Assembly: GCA_963728655.1 (NCBI GenBank)
Contig: CAVSLD010000004.1
Location: 113,343 to 177,342, forward strand
DNA: 64,000 nucleotides
Source: an uncultured Iamiaceae bacterium
GTDB lineage: Bacteria > Actinomycetota > Acidimicrobiia > Acidimicrobiales > Iamiaceae
Direction: 5' to 3'
The notes beneath the pieces are model-generated. The model was not told where the DNA came from. It ran no database searches and saw nothing but the letters and a program-made list of their open reading frames with translations. The position numbers and the translations under genes were made by a program. How positions within the stretch are numbered: the first letter of the stretch is position 1; each line of letters opens with the position of its first letter. This document shows positions 1-11,704 of this stretch, piece by piece.

Positions 1-550
1 CACCGCCCGCCGCGATCCGCACCACCTCGCCGATCACGCCGCCGTGGGCCACCAGCACCACCCGCTGGTCGGCGTGGGCGGCCACGATGCCGTCGATCGC
101 GCCCCGGAGCCGGGCGGCCAGGGCCTCGGTGGACTCGGCGCCGGGGATGGCGTCCCACCGCTGGGCGGCGAACATCTCGGTGGCCACCGGGTGGCCCTCG
201 GCCACGTGGCGGCGGAAGGCGCCGCCCTCCCACTCCCCCAGGTGGACCTCGCGCAGGTCGGCCACCACCACGGGGGTGAGGCCGAGGCGGGCCGCGAGGG
301 GCGCGGCCGTCTCGTGGGTCCGCCGCAGGGGGGAGACGTAGATGGCGTCGATCTCCTGGTCGGCCAGGCGCACCCCCACCCGCTCGGCCTGGTCCCGGCC
401 GTCGGGCGCCAGGGCCGGGTCGTCGTGGCCGTCGACCTGGGGGATGGGCACGCCCGGCACGACCGGGGCCGACTCGCCGTGGCGAACGAGGAACAGCTCG
501 GTGGCCCCCGCAGGCCGGGAGAAGCGGTGCTGGCGGTACTCGGTGGCCAT
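1..550 (-). CDS. Histidine phosphatase / phosphoglycerate mutase family protein (3' end runs off the window)
   Basis: Not in the ORF track. Manual translation from ATG at 550 gives MATEYRQHRF...LFLVRHGES (RHG motif), SPLRRTHETA, LREVHLGEWEG and VLVAHGGVI. Confidence 0.9.
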   Translation of the reverse strand, partial: MATEYRQHRFSRPAGATELFLVRHGESAPVVPGVPIPQVDGHDDPALAPDGRDQAERVGVRLADQEIDAIYVSPLRRTHETAAPLAARLGLTPVVVADLREVHLGEWEGGAFRRHVAEGHPVATEMFAAQRWDAIPGAESTEALAARLRGAIDGIVAAHADQRVVLVAHGGVIGEVVRIAAGG

Positions 551-604
551 GGGGCCGACGGTAGCGGTCGCCCCCCGCCGCCAGCACCGGGACGGGGCCG
601 ACGG

Positions 605-1264
605 TCAGGCGCGGGCCGCCTCCAGGAGGAGGGCGCCGGTGCCGGCGAGCCCGGCGGCCGAGATGATCACCATGGTCACGGCCCAGAAGCCGACGGGCAG
701 CCACAGCACGTCGGCCAGCACCGCGGCGTCGGAGCCGTCGCCCCGTCGCGAGCCCCGCGCCGCCGACCCCGCGGCCCGGAGGCCCCCCGCCGCCCACAGC
801 GCGGCCAGGGCGGAGGTGACCGCCAGCGCCGCGGCGGTGCCCAGGGCGGCACCGGCACCGGCCGCCGCGACCAGGCCCAGCCCGACCACCAGGCCCCAGG
901 CGCTGCGGATCCAGACCACCGTGACCACCAGGGCCGACGCAGCCACGAGCTGGGCCACGAGCACGGCGTGGCCGGTCGCCAGCCCCCCGGCCACGACGAG
1001 GGCCAGGGCGCCCGGCGCCGGGTGGCCCCACCAGGCCACGAACCCCCGCGGCAGGCGGCGTCGGGCACCGGCGCCGGACCACTCGGTGCGACCGGACGTG
1101 TCGCGCTGGATGCGGATGCGGCGGACCCGACCCTCGGTGGCGATGGCGGTGACGGCGTGGCCCAGCTCGTGGGCGAGGGTCACCCACCCGCGGCTGAGGC
1201 GCCAGGCCGGGGTCACGACCAGGGCCAGGCCCGCCGCCACGGCGACGGCCACGACCGCCGTCAC
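605..1264 (-). CDS. M50-family (M50B-like) membrane metallopeptidase
   Basis: HELGH zinc motif, several hydrophobic helices, GSDA motif near the C-terminus. Confidence 0.8.
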   Translation of the reverse strand: MTAVVAVAVAAGLALVVTPAWRLSRGWVTLAHELGHAVTAIATEGRVRRIRIQRDTSGRTEWSGAGARRRLPRGFVAWWGHPAPGALALVVAGGLATGHAVLVAQLVAASALVVTVVWIRSAWGLVVGLGLVAAAGAGAALGTAAALAVTSALAALWAAGGLRAAGSAARGSRRGDGSDAAVLADVLWLPVGFWAVTMVIISAAGLAGTGALLLEAARA

Positions 1265-1422
1265 CGACCCCTCCGTCGCTCCACCGGCCCATCCTCGCCC
1301 ACCCGCGACGGTCCCGGCCCGCGGCGCGCCGCCGGCCGCCGGTCGGTGCGGGCCGGGACCTCAAGCACGGGCGGCCGCGGCCGACAGGCGGAGGGACCGC
1401 TGTCCCAGGAGCCACCTGCCCG

Positions 1423-3671
<2,249 letters not shown>

Positions 3672-3672
<1 letters not shown>

Positions 3673-4127
3673 TGCCCCGCATCCTCCTGGCCGAGGACAA
3701 TCGGCTCAACCAGCTGGTCGCCGTCGGCGTCCTCCGCAACCTCGCGTGCGAGGTCGAGATCGTCGACGACGGCGCCAAGGCGGTCGAGGCCTGCCTCCGC
3801 GGCTCGTTCGACGCCGTCCTGATGGACATCATGATGCCCGTCATGGACGGCTACGAGGCCACGGCGCGCATCCGCGCCGGCCAGGAGGCGGCCGGGCCGA
3901 CCCGCACGCCGATCATCGGCCTCAGCGCCCGGGCCATGGAGGGCGACCGCGAGGTCGCCCTCGACGCCGGGCTCGACGACTACCTCACCAAGCCGCTCCG
4001 GGAGGAGCAGCTGCGCGCCGCGTTCGACCGGTGGATCCCCGCCGCCGCGGACAGCGGCCTGGGCCCCCAGCCCGCGGCCGGTGAGCTCGACATCACCGTC
4101 GACCTCACCGGGCGGGGCCTGGGCTGA
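3672..4127 (+). CDS. Stand-alone response regulator (receiver only)
   Basis: ILLAEDN, LMDIMMPVMDG, LTKP; start overlaps the kinase stop (TAGTG). Confidence 0.92.
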
Positions 4128-4145
4128 GGTCCCGGGCTCGCCGCG

Positions 4146-5138
4146 TCAGGAGGGCGTGCCCGACTCGAAGTGGCGCCGGGGGACGTCGACCAGCATGGTG
4201 GTGATCTGCTCCTCGGTGACGCCGTGGTCGCGGAGGTAGGGGAGCACGTCCTGCTCGATGTGCAGGTAGTGCCACTGGGGCAGCATCGGGAGCAGCTCGG
4301 GGTCGATCCAGTCGATGTAGCAGGCCGCGTCGTGGGACAGGACCATCGACCCGGCGAAGCCCCGACGGCACATCTCGACCACGGTGTCGGCGCGGGCCTC
4401 GAAGGTCGTGTCGAGGTTGACGCCGAAGCGGTCCATGCCGAGCACCACGCCGGTCTCGGCCAGGGCACTCAGGTGGTCGACGTCCGCGCTGTCACCGCTG
4501 TGCCCCAGCACCACCGCACCGGGGGCGACGCCCTCCTCCGTGCAGAGCACCCGGATCGCCTCCAGGCCCCTCTCGCTCCCGGGGTGGGTGTGCACCGTGA
4601 TGGGGGCGCCGGTGGCCAGGTTGGCCTTCGCCACGGCGCGCATGACCCGCTCCACACCCGCGGTCATGCCCTTCTCGTCGATGGCGCACTTGAGGAAGGC
4701 GGCGCGGACGCCGGTGCCGGCGATCCCGTCGGTGATGTCGCCGGTGAACATGGCCACCATCGGGTCGGTGTCGTCGAGGCCCAGGAGCGCCCTCACCCCG
4801 GGGTCGCGGTGGTGGAAGAAGAAGGGGACCTCGTCGTAGGTGTAGCAGCCGGTCGCGACCACGATGTTGAGCTGCGGCACCTGCTCCGCGATGCGGGCGA
4901 TCCGGGGGACGTAGCGCCCCAGCCCGATGACGGTGGGGTCGACGATCGTCTGCACCCCCTGGTCGGCCAGGGCGGTGAGGCGCGCCACCGCGTCGGCCAC
5001 CCGGTCGTCCTCGTCGCCCCACTCGTCGGGGTAGTTCTGCTGCACGTCGGGCGTCAGCACGAAGACGTGCTCGTGCATGTAGGTGCGGCCCAGCGCCGCG
5101 GTGTCGACGGGGCCGAGGACGGTGGGGATCGTGGCCAT
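4146..5138 (-). CDS. Phosphotriesterase / phosphotriesterase-like lactonase family amidohydrolase
   Basis: MHEH, FLKCA (carboxylated Lys position), TVHTH, LGHS and LSHD metal-ligand motifs. Confidence 0.9.
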   Translation of the reverse strand: MATIPTVLGPVDTAALGRTYMHEHVFVLTPDVQQNYPDEWGDEDDRVADAVARLTALADQGVQTIVDPTVIGLGRYVPRIARIAEQVPQLNIVVATGCYTYDEVPFFFHHRDPGVRALLGLDDTDPMVAMFTGDITDGIAGTGVRAAFLKCAIDEKGMTAGVERVMRAVAKANLATGAPITVHTHPGSERGLEAIRVLCTEEGVAPGAVVLGHSGDSADVDHLSALAETGVVLGMDRFGVNLDTTFEARADTVVEMCRRGFAGSMVLSHDAACYIDWIDPELLPMLPQWHYLHIEQDVLPYLRDHGVTEEQITTMLVDVPRRHFESGTPS

Positions 5139-5227
5139 GGGGAGCTCCTCCGCTGCACGCCGGCCCTGTCCGGGTCGGGGCGGCCGACCCTACCGACGGA
5201 CGCCCGACGCCACCGGCGGGCGGCGCA

Positions 5228-5863
5228 TCAGCCGGGAGCGGACCGGCCCAGGAGCCGGAGGACCTCCGCGTCGCGGGTCTGGGCGAAGTCGGCGTACCAC
5301 TCCCCCACCGCCCGGAACCGGTCCGGGGTGTGGAGGCAGACCACCTCGTCGGCCACCGCCGCGAGCCGGGCCACCGCGTCGGGGGCGCCGACGGGCACCG
5401 CCAGCACCAGGTGGCCCGCCCCTGACGAGCGCAGCCCCCGCAGCGCGGCCTCGGCCGTGACCCCGGTCGCCAGCCCGTCGTCGACCACCACGACGGTGTG
5501 CGGGGCGAGGTCCGGCAGGGCGCGCCCCGACCGGTAGGTGGCCACCCGGCGGTCCAGCTCGCGGCGCTCGGCCGCGGTGGTCGCGGCGAGGGCGGCCTCG
5601 GACACGCCGAGGGCGCGGACCCAGGCCTCGTCGAGCACCTCGCCGCCCCCCTCGGCCACCGCCCCGATCCCGAGCTCGGGCCGGCCCGGTGCGCCGAGCT
5701 TCCGGGCCACCACGACGTCGAGGGCGCAGCCCAGGACGGCGGCGACCTCGGCCGCCACCGGCACCCCGCCCCGCGGCAGGCCCAGCACCAGCGGGTCCGG
5801 CAGGTCGCGACGGGCGAGCACCGCCGCGAGCCGGCGCCCGGCGTCGGTGCGGTCGCGGAACAC
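5228..5863 (-). CDS. Phosphoribosyltransferase family protein
   Basis: FRDRTDAG, GLPRGGVPVA, PRPP-binding VVVVDDGLATG. Confidence 0.9.
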   Translation of the reverse strand: MFRDRTDAGRRLAAVLARRDLPDPLVLGLPRGGVPVAAEVAAVLGCALDVVVARKLGAPGRPELGIGAVAEGGGEVLDEAWVRALGVSEAALAATTAAERRELDRRVATYRSGRALPDLAPHTVVVVDDGLATGVTAEAALRGLRSSGAGHLVLAVPVGAPDAVARLAAVADEVVCLHTPDRFRAVGEWYADFAQTRDAEVLRLLGRSAPG

Positions 5864-6213
5864 GGGCCCCAGCCTCTCGCACCGACGGCACCTCGCGGCG
5901 GGCGCCGCGGCCCGGCCCGAGGCCGCCGCCCCCGATCCTCACGTATCGCGGCCAATCCCTCACGCGTCGTGCCCGCCGGCCGACAGGAGGGGGCGAGCAG
6001 GGCTCCGGCCCGCTCCCTCCCAGCACCGAACCCGTCCGAGGCCCAGCCCCGAGGTCGCCCCGTCCGGCGCCGCTCCTCCGAGCACGACGCCACGGGACAC
6101 CCGGCGGAGCGCACGTCGCCCGCCACTGCGGCCCCGCCCCCCGTCCACCACCCGGGGGTGACCAGTGCGGTGCTCCGTCCGTGCCGGCCCGGCACCCAGC
6201 CTCGGAGACCACC

Positions 6214-7335
6214 ATGACCACCCCCCCGATCGCCCCCACCCCGCAGCCCCGCCCGGATCGCCGGCGGGGCCGCCTGCTCGTGCTCGCCGTCGTCCTCGTG
6301 GCCGGCCTCGCCGCGTGCGTGGCGCCACCGCTGAGCGTGCCCCGACCGGTGGAGGGGCCCACGCCCCGGTCCGCCGGCCTGTGGGTCGGCCCGTCGGACC
6401 TGATGGACCTGCCCACCCACGGCGCGGCGTGGGACCAGGTCCTGGCCGCGGCCCGCGCCGACTGGGGCCAGCCGTCCCTGGCCGACAACGACGCCCACCA
6501 CGACACCTCGACGCTCGCCGGCGCGCTGGTCGCCGTGCGCACCGGAGACGCGGCCATGCTGGCCAAGACCCGCGCCGCGCTCATGGCCGTCACGCGGGTG
6601 ACCACCTTCAGCCGGGTCCTGGAGCTGAGCCGCAACATCCCCGCCTACGTCGTCGCCGCCGACCTCGTCGGGCTGTCGGCCCCGGACGGCGCCCAGCTCC
6701 GATCCTTCCTGGCCGCCCTGCGCACCCGGCCCCTCACCGGCCACTCGGGCGGGACCGACCTCGTCTCGACCGCCCTGCGGTCGCCCAACAACTGGGGGGC
6801 GATGGCCCGCGCCGCGGTGACCGCCATCGACCTGTACCTCGGCGACCAGGCCGGCCTGGCGGCCGTCGCCGCCGCCCACCGCGCCTGGCTCGGCGAGCAC
6901 GTGGCGAGCACGCTCCGGTACTCCGGCACCGGGTGGCACGTGGCCAGCCCGCCGGTCGGGGTGAACCCTCGCGGGGCCCGCATCGCCGGGCGCGACGTCG
7001 ACGGCGTCCTCCCCGAGGACCAGCGCCGCACCGGCGAGCCCGGCTCGGGCCCGGCCCCTGCCGGGTCCTACCCGTGGGAGGCGCTGCAGGGTGCCCTCGT
7101 CACCGGCGTCCTCCTCGACCGGGCCGGCGTGGTCGACATCGACGCCGGAGACCGCGCCCTGGCCCGGGCCGCCACCTGGCTCTCGGGCACCAACGCCAAC
7201 CCCGCGGAGGGCGACGACACCTGGCAGCCGTGGGTCCTCAACCGGGTGGCGGGGACCCGCCTGGCCACCACGACCGGTGGCTCCCCGGGGAAGAACATGG
7301 GCTGGTCGTCCTGGACCCACGGCCCCCGCCTCTGA
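6214..7335 (+). CDS. Secreted lipoprotein, alginate-lyase-like (alpha/alpha toroid) polysaccharide lyase
   Basis: ATG at 6214 after GGAG; signal peptide with lipobox LAAC; NNWG motif and DGVLPEDQRR...Y motif resembling the Alginate_lyase domain. Confidence 0.65.
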   Translation: MTTPPIAPTPQPRPDRRRGRLLVLAVVLVAGLAACVAPPLSVPRPVEGPTPRSAGLWVGPSDLMDLPTHGAAWDQVLAAARADWGQPSLADNDAHHDTSTLAGALVAVRTGDAAMLAKTRAALMAVTRVTTFSRVLELSRNIPAYVVAADLVGLSAPDGAQLRSFLAALRTRPLTGHSGGTDLVSTALRSPNNWGAMARAAVTAIDLYLGDQAGLAAVAAAHRAWLGEHVASTLRYSGTGWHVASPPVGVNPRGARIAGRDVDGVLPEDQRRTGEPGSGPAPAGSYPWEALQGALVTGVLLDRAGVVDIDAGDRALARAATWLSGTNANPAEGDDTWQPWVLNRVAGTRLATTTGGSPGKNMGWSSWTHGPRL

Positions 7336-7348
7336 GCGAGGCCCGCGA

Positions 7349-8068
7349 TCAGTCGGCGGCCAGGCGCCGGCGCAGCCGGAGCGAGAGCAGGCCGGCGAGG
7401 ATCAGCACGGAGGCGACGGCCAGCAGAGCCGGCCCCCCGGCCAGCCCGGTCCGCACCAGGCTGGTCGGGGCCACCGCCCCGGGATCGCCCGGGTCGGCCG
7501 GGTCGCCGGGTGCAGCCGACGCCCGCAGGGCGGCCGGGGCGGTGCAGCCCAGGGAGAGGTCCTGGTACCGGGGGTCCAGGTCGATCGTCTCGTAGCCGTC
7601 GGCGCTGCCGTCGGGCACCTTGGCGTGGACCCGGAGGGCCGCGAGGTGGTCGCCGGCGGAGGCCGGGGCGGACATCTCGAAGCCCTGCGCCGCGTCCCCC
7701 GAGCGCCCGACCCAGGCGAACCCGCCGTCACCGTTGGTGCCGCTCACCAGCTTCCCTGTCGCCCCCAGGCGCAGGTACGCCTCGGCCGGGTCGAGGGTCT
7801 GCAGGACGACGCCGGGCAGGGCCTGCACCATGGCGTAGAGGGTGCCCTCGGCGCAGTCGTAGCGGAGCGAGAGGGTCGCCCGCGGCGGGTGGGGCGGGGT
7901 GACGGCGACCATCTCGTCGAACACGTCGGCCGGCGCCCACTCGGCCACGTCGCCGTCGACGGTGGCGGTGCCCGACGAGGGCTCGGCCCCGGCGGCGGGC
8001 AGGGAGACGAGGGCGAGCAGGGCGACGGCGGCAGCCGCCGCGGTCAGGACGGGACCGACTCGACGCAT
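7349..8068 (-). CDS. Secreted protein with a sortase-type C-terminal sorting signal
   Basis: N-terminal signal peptide; VDGDVAEW start (DOMON/CBM9-like); C-terminal LVRTG + hydrophobic helix + RRR. Confidence 0.65.
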   Translation of the reverse strand: MRRVGPVLTAAAAAVALLALVSLPAAGAEPSSGTATVDGDVAEWAPADVFDEMVAVTPPHPPRATLSLRYDCAEGTLYAMVQALPGVVLQTLDPAEAYLRLGATGKLVSGTNGDGGFAWVGRSGDAAQGFEMSAPASAGDHLAALRVHAKVPDGSADGYETIDLDPRYQDLSLGCTAPAALRASAAPGDPADPGDPGAVAPTSLVRTGLAGGPALLAVASVLILAGLLSLRLRRRLAAD

Positions 8069-8159
8069 GGGAAGACCTCCAGACGGCACCCCGCTGGGTG
8101 CGCCCGGTCAGCATGCGGGGAGCGACCCCTCCGGGCGAGGCCCAGGGGGGTGAGCGTGC

Positions 8160-8939
8160 CTACCCCGTCTGGGGGTCCGCCGAGGGCGGCGCCACGCGCA
8201 GGAGGCGGCGGGCACTGAGCCAGGCGAAGCCGGCCAGGCCCGCGGCGATGCAGAGCTCGATGACCTCGCCGTACTTCACCACCACGAACCGCGGTGAGGG
8301 GAGCACCGCGAGCCGGACCACCTTGAACGCGAAGACCAGCCCGAACAGCGTGACGAGGGCGTGGGGCGGGACGAGCAGGTCGAACCACCACGGCCGGGGC
8401 CGGTCCCGGGTCGCCCGTCGGAGGGCGACGACGCCCATGCTGCCGTAGGCACCCGCGGCCAGGAACACCACGTTGACGGCGTCCTGCACGGGGCCGATGT
8501 TGTGGACGTTCGTCTCGTCCTGGTGGTTGACCCGTGCCAGGGCCTCGGGGGTGCCGGTCCCCATCACCCGCTGGCCCCAGGAGACCTCTTCGCCGGCGAT
8601 GAGGAACATCCCCAGGGCGAAGACCGCCCACAGGGCAGCCATCCCGCGGTGGCCCCGGCGGTGCAGCACCGTCACCACCACCGCGGCACCGACGACGCCG
8701 GCCACGTCGAGGGCGAGCTGGGACCACTCGAGCAGGCCGTCCTCGGCGGTGAGCCACCGGTAGAGCGCCCGGTGCACGACCGTGGCCCCCAGGAGGACCG
8801 CCGCCGCGGGCGGGACCACGAGCGCGCCCACCAGGGCCCGCTCGCCGATGCCCCACGTCCGGCGGTCGTCCTCGGCCGCGGCCCGCCACCAGGCGGACCG
8901 GCCGACCGGTGCCGCGACCGCGGTGGGCGGTCGCGGCAC
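8160..8939 (-). CDS. Uncharacterised integral membrane protein (EDGxxE / GEExSWGQR / NxQxExNxHN motifs)
   Basis: C-terminal part of ORF 8160..10988; about 6 hydrophobic segments; start at GTG 8939 inferred. Confidence 0.75.
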   Translation of the reverse strand: MPRPPTAVAAPVGRSAWWRAAAEDDRRTWGIGERALVGALVVPPAAAVLLGATVVHRALYRWLTAEDGLLEWSQLALDVAGVVGAAVVVTVLHRRGHRGMAALWAVFALGMFLIAGEEVSWGQRVMGTGTPEALARVNHQDETNVHNIGPVQDAVNVVFLAAGAYGSMGVVALRRATRDRPRPWWFDLLVPPHALVTLFGLVFAFKVVRLAVLPSPRFVVVKYGEVIELCIAAGLAGFAWLSARRLLRVAPPSADPQTG

Positions 8940-8947
8940 CTGGACCC

Positions 8948-11203
8948 TCAGAGACCCACCCGGGAGCGGTACGCCGAGCCGAACAGGACGGCCTCGACCG
9001 CAGGGGCCTGGCCCTTGGCCGCCTCGGCCAGCATCTCGGCGTTGGTCGGCATGCGGCCCAGCATCCAGCGCTGGGCCAGGCAGACCACGACCCGGTTGGC
9101 GCTGGCGTGGCGGAACTCCGACAGCTCGGAGAAGTTCGTCATCATCCGGCCCCGGGTCATCCCCTTGGCCAGCCGGTCGAGCCAGTAGGCCTTCCCGCCG
9201 GCGTCGGGGGTCCGGTCGAAGAGGTTGCGGTAGACGAGGTCGACGTACTGGGAGTCCGACAGGGAGCCGTACCGGTTCCGGAACTCCTGCAGGCTCGCGA
9301 ACTGCTGGGAGACCTGCTCGAGGCTCCGGCCGCTGCTCAGCCAGCCCAACCAGAAGTCGAACCCACCGACGTCGGGCGGGCGCAGGTAGTAGGCCAGGTA
9401 CAGCCGGGCCACCGAGGCCTGCGGGCCGCGGAGGTCCTCGCCGCCCACGCCGGGGCTGCCGAGGAAGAGCGGACCGAGCACCACCGACGCCCCGGGCGAG
9501 GTGCCGAGCTGGCTCCGGGCCTGCGCCAGCTCCTGGGCCGTGGGGGCCCGGCCCAGGAAGTCCTGCGCCTGGCGGGCGATGAAGGCGTCGGCCGACGCGA
9601 AGGGCAGGTGGTTGGCCGGCGTCACCGAGGCGCTGGTCGCCGTCGGCCCGGCGGTGGCCCCGGCGAGGGCCTGGACCTGGAAGGTCCGGGCCACCCCGTT
9701 CGGGGCCGCCACCACCTGCGGCTTCCCGGCGGCGGAGGCGGGCACGTCGATCGCGGCGGCCAGGGCGGGGGTGGCCGTGATGCGGTAGCCGGTGATGGGT
9801 GCGGACCCGGGGGTCGCGGCCCCGAAGGTGAGGGTCACCCGGCCCGGCCCGGCGACGGCCGTGACCGGTCCCGGTGCCGAGGGCGGGGTGACCGCGGGGG
9901 CCCCGGCCACCTGGCTCGTCCAGTAGTGCTGGGTCGTGGTGTCCGAGGCGATCACCATGGACCCCGACGCCGGCGTGAAGAGGTCCTTGGTGGAGCTGGC
10001 GTCGTTGATGTCGCCGGTGGTCGGCCGCATCATGATCGCCGTGCCCTTCGCCGCGGTGTCGAAGCCCGGGGTGGCCAGGGTGGTCACCTTGGCGAAGACG
10101 CCCTGTCCGCCCCCCGTGCCCGGCAGCGTGGCCGAGACGGTGACGTTGGTGCCGTCGCTCGTCACCACCGGGCGGGTGGCCCGGGTCGAGGCCACCCATG
10201 CCGGGGTGTTCGTCCACACGCCGGAGGTCGAGCGCCGCAGGAGGACGACGCCGGGGTTGGAGGAGGCGGTCCCGGACCGGGTCTTGACCGCGGCGACCAG
10301 CTGCCCGCCCACGTCCTTGATGCTGATGTGGTCGTCTCCCAGGCCGGCCCCGGTGAAGGCGGCCTCCTCGAAGCTCCAGGCCGGCGCGCCGGCCCCGGCG
10401 GCCGTGGACACGAACCAGTACCCGTCGTCGGCCCCCACCTGGGAGGCCCACATGATGCCGACGCGGGTGCCGTAGGTGACCACGGCGGCGATGTCGTCGG
10501 CGGTGGGGTGGGCGTGGCCGTGGTGCAGGGCCGTCGGCGCGGACCAGGTGGCCCCCCCGTCGGTCGACCGCTGCCAGAGCACCTGGTCGGCCTGGACCCA
10601 GGCGGCCCAGACGGCACCGGTGGAGTCGACGTCGATCGTGATGGCCTCCATCTGGAAGGCGTTCATCACCACCGGGAACCCGGCGGCCATGGCGTACTGG
10701 CCGGTGGCGCTGTCGTAGACGAGCTTCGCCATCCGCGTCATGTTGCTGGGGTTGGTCTCGGGCACGCTGGTCTCGTTGTCGAGCTTCTTGTGCGACGCCA
10801 CGTAGACGGTGTCGCCCACCGCGACCACGTCCTGCTTGGTGGTGCCGCGGACGTCGATGGTGGTGCCGGTGGGCACCCAGGCGCCGCCGGTGCGCTTGAA
10901 GACGGCGACGTCGGCGTCCGGGCTGCCGCCCGAGCTGGGCGGGCCGGTGCGGAGCATGGCCGCGAACCAGGACCCGGCGTGGAACCACACCTTGCTCTGG
11001 GACATGGTGACGGTGGCGAGGCTGCCCTCCACGTAGGCCTGGCTCTCCTCACCGGCGTCGCCGGCCAGGGCCCCGGCCGGGGTGGCGGTGCCCGGAGCAC
11101 CCACCACCGCCCCCAGGGAGACCAGCACCAGCAGGAGGACCACGGCGATCCGTGCCCCCCACCGGTGCGGTCCCGTCGATCGTCGTGCGCTCTCATCGGT
11201 CAC
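8948..11203 (-). CDS. Secreted surface protein: Asp-box head domain + FN3-like domain + DUF4214-like cell-surface domain
   Basis: Signal peptide; SQSKVWFHAGSWFA head; Asp-box QRSTDGGATW; FN3-like PSAPGPV...GSAPITGYRIT; C-terminal VARLYLAYYLRPPDVGGFDFW...YRNLFDRTPDAGGKAYW. Confidence 0.8.
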   Translation of the reverse strand: MTDESARRSTGPHRWGARIAVVLLLVLVSLGAVVGAPGTATPAGALAGDAGEESQAYVEGSLATVTMSQSKVWFHAGSWFAAMLRTGPPSSGGSPDADVAVFKRTGGAWVPTGTTIDVRGTTKQDVVAVGDTVYVASHKKLDNETSVPETNPSNMTRMAKLVYDSATGQYAMAAGFPVVMNAFQMEAITIDVDSTGAVWAAWVQADQVLWQRSTDGGATWSAPTALHHGHAHPTADDIAAVVTYGTRVGIMWASQVGADDGYWFVSTAAGAGAPAWSFEEAAFTGAGLGDDHISIKDVGGQLVAAVKTRSGTASSNPGVVLLRRSTSGVWTNTPAWVASTRATRPVVTSDGTNVTVSATLPGTGGGQGVFAKVTTLATPGFDTAAKGTAIMMRPTTGDINDASSTKDLFTPASGSMVIASDTTTQHYWTSQVAGAPAVTPPSAPGPVTAVAGPGRVTLTFGAATPGSAPITGYRITATPALAAAIDVPASAAGKPQVVAAPNGVARTFQVQALAGATAGPTATSASVTPANHLPFASADAFIARQAQDFLGRAPTAQELAQARSQLGTSPGASVVLGPLFLGSPGVGGEDLRGPQASVARLYLAYYLRPPDVGGFDFWLGWLSSGRSLEQVSQQFASLQEFRNRYGSLSDSQYVDLVYRNLFDRTPDAGGKAYWLDRLAKGMTRGRMMTNFSELSEFRHASANRVVVCLAQRWMLGRMPTNAEMLAEAAKGQAPAVEAVLFGSAYRSRVGL

Positions 11204-11353
11204 AGCCGTCTCCCGTCCCTCTGTCCGTGCCGCGATTCCGGCACCGAGCGAAGTCTCCGGCGACGCGCCCGGTCCGGCACCACCCCGGAGGGGGAGGCCG
11301 CCTACGCCCTTCGCACGATCTGCCGGCGCGGTCGCGCTCCTAGCGTCGCTGCG

Positions 11354-11704
11354 GTGTCCGCACGCGACGTGACCACCGTGGTCCTCGGTGTCCTCGCCCT
11401 GCTGGTGCTCGCCGGTGTGGCCCTGCCCCGCGTGGGTCGGGTCGCCGAGGGCCTCCCCGCCCAGGTGCTGGCCGGCGTCCTGTGCGGTGTGGTCGGAGCC
11501 CTCGTCGCCGCCGCGCCCTACGTGGACCTGGTGCCCGACGACCTCGAGAGCGGGCACTGGGCGGCCGCAGCCGCGGTGGCGACCGCCGCGGTCGTGGCCG
11601 TCTCGGAGCACCGACGCCGGCGGAGGGCCCGTCAGGTGCCGAGGAGGCGTCTCACGCCTGGCGCGCCCCGTTCCTCGGCCAAGCGCACGCACAGCGGGCC
11701 GTAG
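11354..11704 (+). CDS. Small hypothetical membrane protein
   Basis: Three hydrophobic segments with GC3-rich codons; 3' end overlaps the convergent kinase gene. Confidence 0.5.
   Translation: MSARDVTTVVLGVLALLVLAGVALPRVGRVAEGLPAQVLAGVLCGVVGALVAAAPYVDLVPDDLESGHWAAAAAVATAAVVAVSEHRRRRRARQVPRRRLTPGAPRSSAKRTHSGP

Noticed and set aside
6145-6161. CCAC-N9-GTGA as a further operator copy
   Set aside because: Mismatched half-site and no -10-like hexamer 22 nt away on either strand.
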